A stretch of 64,000 nucleotides of DNA from the NCBI GenBank assembly GCA_950097015.1, contig CATNEN010000038.1, positions 27,032,001-27,096,000 on the forward strand, read 5' to 3'. Made by a program: the position numbers and the translations under genes. Numbering within the stretch: the stretch's first letter is position 1; each line of letters starts with the position of its first letter. Positions 13,101 to 25,100 of this stretch are shown here, one piece after another. The stretch comes from Macrostomum hystrix. Taxonomy: Eukaryota > Animalia > Platyhelminthes. Below the pieces are notes generated by a model, which was not told where the DNA came from, searched no databases, and was given only the letters and a program-made list of their open reading frames with translations.

Positions 13101-16100
13101 TTTAGCTAGAATCGAAGCAGCACCTTTAGCTAGAATCGAAGCAGCACCTTAAGCTAGAATCGAAGCAGCACCTTTAGCTAGAATCGAAGCAGCACCTTTA
13201 GCTAGAATCGAAGCAGCACCTTTAGCTAGAATCGAAGCAGCACCTTTAGCTAGAATCGAAGCAGCACCTTTAGCTAGAATCGAAGCAGAAAGTTTAGCTA
13301 GAATCGAAGCAGAAAGTTTAGCTAGAATCGAAGCAGCACCTTTAGCTAGAATCGAAGCAGCACCTTTAGCTAGAATCGAAGCAGCACCTTTAGCTAGAAT
13401 CGAAGCAGCACCTTTAGCTAGAATCGAAGCAGCACCTTTAGCTAGAATCGAAGCAGCACCTTTAGCTAGAATCGAAGCAGAAAGTTTACCTAGAATCGAA
13501 GCAGCATCTTTACCTAGAATCAAAGCAGCACCTTTAGCTAGAATCGAAGCAGAAAGTTTAGCTAGAATCGAAGCAGAAAGTTTAGCTAGAATCGAAGCAG
13601 CACCTTTAGCTAGAATCGAAGCAGCACCTTTAGCTAGAATCGAAGCAGCACCTTTAGCTAGAATCGAAGCAGCACCTTTAGCTAGAATCGAAGCAGCACC
13701 TTTAGCTAGAATCGAAGCAGCACCTTTAGCTAGAATCGAAGCAGCATCTTTACCTAGAATCGAAGCAGCACCTTTAGCTCGAATCGAAGCAGAAAGTTTA
13801 GCTAGAATCGAAGCAGAAAGTTTACCTAGAATCGAAGCAGCACCTTTAGCTAGAATCGAAGCAGCACCTTTAGCTAGAATCGAAGCAGCGCCTTTATCTA
13901 GAATCGAAGCAGCACCTTTAGCTAGAATCGAAGCAGCACCTTTATCTAGAATCGAAGCAGCACCTTTAGCTAGAATCGAAGCAGCACCTTTAGCTAGAAT
14001 CAAAGCAGCACATTTATCTAGAATCGAAGCAGCACCTTTAGCTAGAATCGAAGCAGAATCGCATTAAAAACTTGTATTGTCTTTCAATAACGAATCTAAA
14101 TAACTTATTTTATTGTAAAATCACTGACTCTTTAGCCTAATGAACAAAGTCCCGATCAGGTAGGCAATGGTGTTAGGAATGTTTTTTAATTTTTTCTTTT
14201 ATGTATAGTTTTCCTTTTTATATCGGCCATTCCTATATTTTTTTCATGTCAATTTCTCGTCTTGGTTATTTGGTCCTTAAAAAATCGTCACTTATCTTGA
14301 ATGTCATTTGAAAAATAACACAGAAGTTTTCAAAGACCGCCAGTCAAGTGGCGAAATTGTCTCGCGACTTCAAAGGCGCCGGCAGAGAAGCCGATAAATT
14401 GAGATTTCACATGGCGGAACTGGAACTTATTATGAAGGTGAGAATGGAATTTGAATGTTGCATTATGAGTGTTAAAACTGGGCGTGGAAGATGAATGGGT
14501 AGATAGATAGGCAGGTAGAAACTTAGATAGAAGAGTAGATAGTTAGGTAATGATAATAATTGCAGGAGGGCTGCGGGCAATGGCACATCATTAGGTGACA
14601 CTAGACCCGCAGCCAGCGAGGAGGCAATTCTGCCCATTTCGCTGACTCCTGAGCACACACGCACACAGATACTGTACACAGGCAAACGCCCACACAGGTG
14701 TGAACATCTGCGCTGACTTTCTCATCGTCAGGGAGTGTACACTTCACTGTGCCTTAGAGGTTGGCCCTCAAGGGCTTAAATATTTTTTGTGTGGGTGTAA
14801 CAATTTTTACCACATCCACTAATTCGCTTTCAGCACATGCGCGACTCTCTGGAACAAAAACATCAGCTGGACGAGGAGAGCAGCCGAATTAGACAATTGA
14901 TTGATAGCCGATCGAGAACCGATTATTTTTCTGCGAAGGTTTTCTCTTTCTTCCTTACCCATGCACGATATTTTCTAATTTTATTGCTAGACTACTTTAT
15001 TACTGAACTTATTGCTAGATTTTACCATAGAACTAAAATGCATCAGTGACCAGTACCCTGGGTCTTCAACCCGTGTTCCCCGCTCATTCACAAACCTTAC
15101 GCCGCGGCCTTGTTTGTCAAACAACCCCCTCCACGGAATCTTCTCTCCCCGATGTTTGCCAACCTCACGCCGCTGCCTTGTTTGCAGACTCCCCCTCCCC
15201 ACACCAACCTAACGCCACCCTCCCCGCACCAACCTCACGCCGCAGCCTTGTTTGTCAAACCAACCCCTTGCCCGTACCATTCTTTCCCCGATGTTTACCC
15301 ACCCCACGCCGCAGCTTTATCTGCCTTAACCATCTCTCTTATCAGTATTTTTAACCCAAAACTAATCTACCTCACGCCGTGAGGTATATATAACAATATA
15401 ACCTTAATTTGAAATTCTGCCATTTTATTAATACGACAAAATGTGTATTTAGAACTTTTTAATGTCACCTTTCTTCAGCCAACTGATCGAAATGCAACAC
15501 GTCAGAACGACAGCGATGTGGAAGGACTTAGGGTGAGCGGCTAATCACTAAGATTCCATGACAATAACTACCAGAACCTTCTCAACAAATCACAATAAAC
15601 CCAAACCGACTGCAGTCTCAACTGCGCGAGCTTGAGAAGCGCTCGGAGATGCAGAGTCTGCGGCACGAGGAGCTCCTACTGGAACTGGAAGCCACCAAGA
15701 GGCGCCAGAGGCAGGAAGATCTTCGTCAGCTGACGGGAACCACGGCCGCTGCCGCCGCCGTTACCGCTGCGGCCGCCTCGGCGGCTGTCTTAAGCACCCG
15801 GCAACCTACTGGATTGGAGGGTGAAGACAGCGGAAGCGGTGAGTGACATACATCACACTTCAAAGCATGAAAAACTGAAATGCAAATGTTTTAACTGTCA
15901 ACCTGTCTCTCTATCAATCTGTCAATCTATCAATCTGTCTCTCAATCAAAAAGTCAATCTATCAATCTGTCCCCGTATTATTCTGTCTCTATCAATCTGC
16001 CAAACTATCAGTTTGTCAATCTATCAGTTTGTCAATTTATCAGTCTGTCAGCCAATCAATTTGTCTCTCTATCAGTCTGTCAATCGACCAATCTGCCTCT

Positions 16101-19100
16101 ATTAATCTGTCGATCTTAAAATCTGTCAGTCTATATCTATTTCAATCTGTCAGTCTATATCTATTTCAATCTGTCAGTCTATATCTATTTCAATCTGTCA
16201 GTCTATATCTATTTCAATCTGTCAGTCTATATCTATTTCAATCTGTCAGTCTATCAATATACCAATCTGTAAATCTATATCTATTTCAATCTGTCAGTCT
16301 ATATCTATTTCAATCTGTCAGTCTATCAATATACCAATCTGTAAATCTATCAATATATAAATCTGTCAATCGATAAATATATCAATCTATCAATCTATCA
16401 ATATATAAACCGGTCAATCTATAAATATACCAATCTGTCAATCTATCGATAGATCAATCTATCAATCTATCAATCTATCAATCTGTCAATCTATCAATAT
16501 AACAATCTGTTAATCTATCAATATATCAATCTGTCAATCTATCAATATATCAATCTGTTAATCTATCAAAATACCAATCTATCAATCTATCGATATATGA
16601 ATCTATCAATCTATCAATATATCAATCTGTCAATCTATCAAAATACCAATCTATCAATCTATCGATATATGAATCTATCAATCTATCAATATATCAATCT
16701 GTCAATCTATCAAAATACCAATCCATCAATCTATCGATATATCAATCTATCCATCTATCAATATATCAATCTGTCAATCTATCAATAAATCAATCTGTCA
16801 ATCTGTCAAATCTGTCTCTCTATCAGTCCGTCACGCAAAACCACTCCCATCTCTGAGCAATCACACTAGATTACACTTAATGTCACTCAATAATAAACAG
16901 ATTATCGAATTCCATGGATTCATGGCGATGAGACAGTGGAGACTCAAATTGATGATGGTAAATTTTCGGCAAATTAGTCTTGGACTTAATTTACACTATT
17001 AAAGATAATAAGAACGGAATGCATTTTCTGATTATTCATTATCTTAACTGGTGCGAGTTTAAATTTTACGAGAAAATTGCAGTTGTATTGTACAGTCGTG
17101 ATACTACTAGTAGTATATTGCGCATTGGCTTGATATTTTCTTTTAAAGGTATTTTGGTTGTTATATAAATATCATTACAAACGATTTTATATTAGTAAAA
17201 ATCTATAATAACTACAATATTTTAAACTTTAGCTATAACAACATAAGTGGAGTCATCCCTATTTTACAGTCAAGAATCGTGTTTTAACTTCGCAATCAAG
17301 AATCTTCCCAATTTCAAAATTAAGAATCGTCCCCAATATCACAAAATAGAATCGTCCCATTTTCTGAATAAGAATCGTCCCAATTTCAAAATCGAGAATA
17401 TTCTCAGATTCAAAATCGAGTATCGTCCCAATTTCAAAATCGAGAATATTCTCAGATTCAAAATCGAGTATCGTCCCAATTTCAAAATTGAGAATCGTCC
17501 CAATTTCAAATTCGAGAATCGTCCTAATTTCAAAATCGAGAATCGTCCCAATTTCAAAATTGAGAATCGTCCTAATTTCAAAATCGAGAAATGTCCTAAT
17601 TTAACAATCGAGAATCGTCCCAGTTTCAAAATTAAAGTCGTCCCAATTTCAAAATCGAGAATCGTCCCAATTTCAAATTCGAGAATCGTCCCAATTTCAA
17701 AATTAAAGTCGTCCCAATTTCAAAATCGAGAATCGTCCCAATTTCAAAATCGAGAATCGTCCCAATTTCAAAATCGAGAATCGTCCCAATTTCAAAATTG
17801 AGAATCGTCCTAATTTCAAAATCGAGAAATGTCCTAATTTAACAATCGAGAATCGTCCCAGTTTCAAAATTAAAGTCGTCCCAATTTCAAAATCGAGAAT
17901 CGTCCCAATTTCAAATTCGAGAATCGTCCCAATTTCAAAATTAAAGTCGTCCCAATTTCAAAATCGAGAATCGTCCCAATTTCAAAATCGAGAATCGTCC
18001 CAATTTCAAAATCGAGAATCGTCCCAATTTCAAATTCGAGAATCGTCCCAATTTCAAAATTAAAGTCGTCCCAATTTCAAAATCGAGAATCGTCCCAATT
18101 TCAAATTCGAGAATCGTCCCAATTTCAAAATTGAGAATCGTCCCAATTTCAAATTCGAGAATCGTCCCAATTTCAAAATCGAGAATCGTCCCAATTTCAA
18201 AATCGAGAATCGTCCTAATTACAAAATCCAGAATCGTCCCAATAATCGAGAATCGTCCTAATTTCAAAATCGAGAAATGTCCTAATTACAAAATCGAGAA
18301 TCGTCCCAATTTCAAAATCGAGAATCGTCCCAATTTCAAAATTGAGAATCGTCCTAATTTCAAAATCGAGAAATGTCCTAATTTAACAATCGAGAATCGT
18401 CCCCATTTCAAAATTAAAGTCGTCCCAATTTCAAAATCGAGAATCGTCCCAATTTCAAATTCGAGAATCGTCCCAATTTCAAAATTAAAGTCGTCCCAAT
18501 TTCAAAATTGAGAATCGTCCCAATTTCAAAATTGAGAATCGTCCCAATTTCAAATTCGAGAATCGTCCCAATTTCAAAATCGAGAATCGTCCCAATTTCA
18601 AAATCGAGAATCGTCCTAATTACAAAATCCAGAATCGTCCCAATAATCGATAATCGTCCTCATTTCAAAATCGAGAATCGTCCTAATTACAAAATTGAGA
18701 ATCGTCCCAATTTCAAATTCGAGAATCGTCCTAATTTCAAAATCGAGAATCGTCCTAATTACAAAATCGAGAATCGTCCCAATTTCAAAATTAAAGTCGT
18801 CCCAATTTCAAAATCGAGAATCGTCCCAATTTCAAATTCGAGAAATGTCCTAATTTAACAATCGAGAATCGTCCCCATTTCAAAATTAAAGTCGTCCCAA
18901 TTTCAAAATTGAGAATCGTCCCAATTTCAAATTCGAGAATCGTCCCAATTTCAAAATCGAGAATCGTCCTAATTTCAAAATCGAGAATCGTCCTAGTTAC
19001 AAAATCCAGAATCGTCCCAATAATCGAGAATCGTCCTAATTTCAAAATCGAGAATCGTCCTAATTACAAAATCGAGAATCGTCCCAATTTCAAAATCGAG

Positions 19101-22100
19101 AATCGTCCCAATTTCAAAATCGAGAATCGTCCTAATTACAAAATCGAGAATCGTCCCAATTTCAAAATCGAGAATCGTCCTAATTACAAAATCGAGAATC
19201 GTCCCAATTTCAAAATCAAGAATCGTCCTAATTACAAAATCGAGAATCGTCCCAATTTCAAAATCGAGAATCGTCCTAATTACAAAATCGAGAATCGTCC
19301 CAATTTCAAAATCAAGAATCGTCCTAATTACAAAATCGAGAATCGTCCTAATTTCAAAATTGAGAATCGTCCCAATTTAAAAATTGAGAATCGTCCTAAA
19401 TTCAATATCGTCCTAATTTCCCGTTACACAACTTACTAATTATTTACAATTATAAAATACTGGGCTGTCCATTCACTAAAGCAGATATATCCTCCAAAAT
19501 TCTGCAGGTGATTTCTTTGCACTTCGACAAGCACCTGCCGGTGGCAGCGAGTCGGAGGGCTGGCAAGCGTCCAGACAGTCGCCGGATGAGGCTCGGCCTC
19601 CGGTCAGTTTCAAGACACGAATATCTGATTTAAAAATAGATTTTTACACTGAAAAAACCAACTCTTCTAAGTCTACTTATAGTAGAAATAGAAGATTATA
19701 TCAAACGCTTTTTATTTAAAGTTTTTACTTTGGGCTTGTCTCAATTACTATCATATCGTTGACAATTTTATCTTATCGTTTGCATTGTCTACTATATCTC
19801 AGCGAGCAGACTGTGTAAAATTTTTGTGACAGGCAAAAACTATTCGACTCAATCCGAAGCCGCACGAACGAAAACGACTGTACATTGTGCGGTACAGCTA
19901 CGACCCTATGAAACAGTCACCAAATGATGATCCGACAGATGAACTGTCGCTAGTCGCTGGCGAATATGTCATTGTGCACGGAGATAAAGACGAGGTTCCT
20001 TTATAGCCAGTTTTTTCTTGCGTTCTGGAATGGAATTTGCTCCGTACTTTTGTATGACAATGTTGAGATTTCATGAATTCCTCCAGTTTTTTATATAGAT
20101 TTTATCGACTCATTCCTCTATTTATTTTCTTGTTGTCTGAATTAAGTACTTAACTGTGAGATTAATCTTTTATCCATTTCGAAATTTATTTAACAGGATG
20201 GCTATTTATTTGGAGAACTTGTCGATGGAAAAAGTGGCTACATTCCTTCGAATTTTGTACAGCAGTTAACGGGTAAGCGGCTATATGTCATGAAGTTACG
20301 ATACGAGTAATAGGTTTTCGTGTCTTTTAAGTGCATTTGTTAGAGAAAAAGGTAGATTTTATGTAAACTAAGGACAGAGACTTAAAATTTGTGTGTACGT
20401 TAGGGGCAGAGAATTTTAATTTCAATGTACATTAGGGGCAGAGATTTCTGTCGTATTGTACGTTAGGGGCAGAGAATTTTAATTTCAATGTACATTACGG
20501 GCAGAGATTTCTGTCGTATTGTACGTTAGGGGCAGAGAATTTTACTGTTAATGTACATTAGGGGCAGAGTTTCTATTTTAATGTAATTTTAGAACAGAGA
20601 ATTTGCAATAAAATATACGTATGGGATAAGAAAATTCTAATTGCAAGTCTCCGACAAGGTAGATTTTTACTGTAATATTAAAGGATGAGAATTTTATCAA
20701 CATTGTAAGTGGTAAGTAATGCTAATGTCTAGGTCATTATCAAGGGTTTTTGCCAATTATAGTACCTTTTTGTGTAAACGGACAATAAATCTTAGGCGTC
20801 TTCTGTACGCTGGAATTGAATGTGGACTTCATTTTACAATTTAAATATTTGCTTCCTTGAAGGCGACAAGCCGGAAATTCCACAGAAGGCCGCAGCTGCA
20901 GAAGCCAGCCCACTTGCTCCTGGAGAATGGCGAGTCACCATGGCCGCGTCGACCACCGTCCGTTACGAAACGGAGCTTCTGCGTGCCCTGGCTGTTGCAG
21001 CTAACAACAAAGAAGGCTCACCGTCAGTGTCGCCGCCACGCGAGCTTCGCGTCGAGCGCCAGATGACCAGCTCGGCTCTGCTGGCCTGGCGGCAGCCGGC
21101 CCACGACCCTGCGCTGGCGGCTGCTAGCGAATCGCTCACCGGATACGAAGTCCTCCTGGACGGAAAAGTGCGCAGCCATCTGGCTGGCGGCGATAAAACG
21201 AGAGCACTCTTAGAAGCCCTGCCGGGAAGCGAGCGGCACCGGGTGAGCGTGTGCGCTCTGACCACATCCGGTCGAAGGTCAGACGAATCAGCCTGCACCA
21301 TCAGCTTGGGCGGAGGACCTGATTCTCAAAGCTGGCTGGCGCCGACATGTTTGGGGGTGAGAAATATCAAAACAATGTTCCAGAGCCAGTGCCTCAGAAA
21401 TATAGAATTATGAAGCTTTAGCCAATCAAAATGAAAGTAAATAATTTAGTATACTAGACTAGCTTAAAGAGACCCCCTTCGTAATTAAAGAAGTCGCGTA
21501 AAAGTACTCGAATTACTTGTCTTTGGTCCAAGCAGTGTGGCCGAAGCAAACCATTGAGTCATTTATAATCCAACCCTTTAACCAGGTTTCCAATCTGACT
21601 GGTACATCCGCGGTGCTCTGCTACCTACCTGCCGCATCCTCAATGCCGCACTCCGTCCTACTGAACGGCTCCGAAGTTCAACGCCGCGAAGCTGGCGGTC
21701 ATTGCCGGGTAAAACTTGACAGCCTGACGCCGGACACGATTTACAGAGCTGAGGTGCGCGCCCTCCCGGCTAGAAAGGATTTAGCCCTGTTGGCCTCACA
21801 AACTGCCGATCCGCCGATTCTGACAGCTTCGGTAGAATTTCGCACTAGTCTGGGCTTGGGCCAACCGGAACCGCCAACAAATGTGCAGGTGAGAATCCTT
21901 TTTACACTACTTAAATAAAAGGGTGATTGTCTCGGCAAGGCGGCATAACGATTCTCTTTGAGAAATCAAGACGATTCTCTTTGAGAAATCAAGACGATTC
22001 TCTTTGAGAAATCAAGACGATTCTCTTTGAGAAATCAAGACGATTCTCTTTGAGAAATCAAGACGATTCTCTTTGAGAAATCAAGACGATTCTCTTTGAG

Positions 22101-25100
22101 AAATCAAGACGATTCTCTTTGAGAAATCAAGACGATTCTCTTTGAGAAATCAAGACGATTCTCTTTGAGAAATCAAGACGATTCTCTTTGAGAAATCAAG
22201 ACGATTCTCTTTGAGAAATCAAGACGATTCTCTTTGAGAAATCAAGACGATTCTCTTTGAAAAATCAAGACGGTTCTCTTTGAGAAATCGAGACGATTAT
22301 CTTTGAGAAATCAAGACGATTCTCTTTGAGAAATCAAGACGATTCTCTTTGAGAAATCGAGACGATTCAAGTCCCCAACTCAAGAAAATAGGGACTATTT
22401 TTCTCTGGGAGAATGAGACAATTGTCTATGTGAACTAGAGAAGATTGTCAATAGTGACGTTTCTCTATGACGATTCTCCAAGTGAAATGAAAACCATTCT
22501 CAACTGAAATTCGTGACGATTTTTTATCCCATTCCTTGTGACTCGTGAAATGATTAAAATCCCCAATCATCACCAGGTGGAAGTCGGGCCGCAGCACCAG
22601 ACCCTACTGGTGACTTGGAGTCCACTGTCGTCCCTCGATAGCAACGGGACTCGCCTCGGCGGCTACGCTATCTACGCCGACTCGAAGCACCTCGTTGCCA
22701 CTCGCATGCTGACTAATTCTGGAGACGATCCTGCGGCCGTCGACCATTGCTTGGTTGCCATGGCAACCCTGCCGGCTGACGTTCGCAGCCTCACCTGTCG
22801 CTCCATAGCAACAAACTCTAAAGGTGAAGTTGTAGAAAGTGAAGACTCGAAGCCTGCCTGCGAGTTGGACAATGTCCTGGGCGATGCTAGTCGTCGAAGC
22901 CGAGGAAAACTGTTGCTTCCGTACAATGTGAGTAAAGACCTTGATTTAACAAAATTTATTATTAAAAAAGTAAAACTAAAATGTCTAAACGAATGCTTGC
23001 TAATTTGTAGTATTGACGAGTAATTGAAACGAATATATTGATTAATTGCTAATTTAACAATCTATATACAAAGGGGGCATTGTAGACCCGTGGTTTCAGC
23101 TTCGTATTCTTCATCGAGAGATTTTAATTTTATTAAAATTTAAAACTTTTATTATTAAAAATAATTTTAAAATTTAAAAAATAGAATGAGCTAAAGTTGA
23201 AATTTGGGTGGTTGTGGCAGCCCCACACCCAGTCGTCCGCGGACTGTACATCCGGTAAAACTTAATAAGCTGAAATTTCTAATTGCGCATTGCGTATTTC
23301 GCTCGCAAAATAATAATTATAATTCAGCCAGATGTCCAGCCCACAGCCTAGCAGAAGCTATTGTGCGGCGTATCTGAATTCTGCGTACGGCTGTTCAGTC
23401 CATGGACTGGAGGAGGGCGTCTAAACCATTTAAAAGCTGGATGAATCGAATCAATGCCTAGTTTAGTGTCTAGCTAAATTAAGGACAAAAATTATTCCAA
23501 TTGAGTCAAGAATCGAACCCCCGACCTTCAAGTCACGAGTCCGGCGCTCTAGCCACTGGGCTACAACCCCCCTTCGTGTAAAACCGTTCTGCAGTGCTTG
23601 ATTTCTAACACACGTAACCCACCCCACAAGCGCGGGTCCGGCTATAAAAATCAATTCTCACAGGCCGCTGCGAACGAGTTCGGCGTCCTAGTCGATGCTT
23701 CCGGCGTTCCGATTCTCTCGTCTCCATCGAGCGACGGGAAATTCCTCGACTCCGAGGGCAACCCGCTCACCTGTCGTCAGGTCGAGGCTGCGGTCGATCC
23801 GATCACCGGCGAGACGCGACTGCTAGACAAACTGGACGGTCTGCCGGTCCGCGGCCTACGTCTGGGACCGAACGGCGTCCTGCTGGACGATGCCGGACAG
23901 CCGGTGCGCGGCCAAAACGGCGAGTTCTTCGGCTCCAACTGCCAGCCGGTCTACGGCCGACGTGGTGTTGACGGCGAGCTACTGGACGAAGACGGCCAGA
24001 CGATGCAGAAGGTTGGCGTCAACAGCTTCGGCGTTCTCGCCGACCTGACAACCGGCCAGCCGATCACGCGCCAATCGGACGGCGCCCTTCTTGACGCTAG
24101 CGGCCAGCCAATCGACTGTCAACGCTGCCAGCCCAGCCAATCAGATAACGGCGATGGCGAGCTCACTCTGCTAGTCGATCCCGTCGACGGCTCTCCGATC
24201 GGTGTCACCAGCGTCAACATCTTCGGCGTCCTAGTCGACTCGCAGGGTCGCCCGCTGCGCGGCCCTCTAGGCGAGTTCTACGGACCGAACAGGCGCCCTG
24301 TACACGGCGGGCCGAGGGGTCCCGACGGGCAGCTGATTAACCCGGCCACTGGCGCTCAGAGGCGCACTCGGGTCAACGAGTTTGGCGCTCTGGCGGACGC
24401 CGACACGGGCGAACTGCTGCTCGGTCCGGAGGGTCAGCTGTTGAACACCGGAGCTCAGCTCATGCCCAGTCGTCGAGTGAAATTGGTTGAGCCAGCTGAG
24501 GAGGGCGGCCAGCTTCAGCTCGTGGACGCGAACTCTGGACAACCGCTCGTGCAGGAGACAGACTATCGCGTCAACGAGCACGGCGTCCTTGTTGACGCTC
24601 AGACCGGCCTGGCTTTGCGCGGACCGCGCGGTGAATTCTACGGACCGCCGAGCGGAGAGCCGCTGGCTGGTGGTCCGAGCCGCGACGCCAACGGTTGCCT
24701 TGTGCGTGGCGGCGGTGCTGAAGAAGCCAGCTTGGAGCCGTTGAAGACCCGCGTCAACGACTGGGGCGTTTTAGTCGAAGTTGCAGGTGGCGAAGGAGAT
24801 GCTGCAGTCGAGGAGAAGCCGATTTTGTCGTCGGATGGCCGGCTGCTGGATGCTGCTGGTCGAGTCATCGACTGCCAAACTGTAGCTGCCACGGCTACCG
24901 CTCGAGCTCGCCTAATTGACGCCGTCGCCAAAGGGGACGCATTCGCCTTGGGCGAGCATGGCGTTGTCATAGACACGGAGACTGGCCGGCCGGTGCGAAG
25001 CCAGGCATCCGGCGAGTTTCTCGGAGCCGACGGTCGGCCAGTCTACGGGCCGCGAGACCCAGTCGGCCGCCTAACTGTTGAGGCCAAGCTGAACGAATTC

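Noticed and set aside
12016-14003. Long repetitive ORFs (RIEAAPLA / ASILAKGA)
   Set aside because: They are translations of a near-perfect 24-bp satellite that is open on both strands, with no codon-level divergence. The same holds for ORFs at 17247-19439, 36825-38036, 38539-39448, 43303-44311, 44927-45439, 57039-57968 and 59144-59764.
21948-22367. CRISPR-like array of partly palindromic 23-bp repeats
   Set aside because: The repeats are head-to-tail with no unique spacers, lie in a eukaryotic intron, and there are no cas genes. The same applies to every other array here.
23500-23572. tRNA gene (Thr-like)
   Set aside because: A and B boxes are present, but the acceptor and anticodon stems do not pair and the sequence continues into a SINE body. 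The same applies at 3500-3577, 6580-6656 and 27481-27560.
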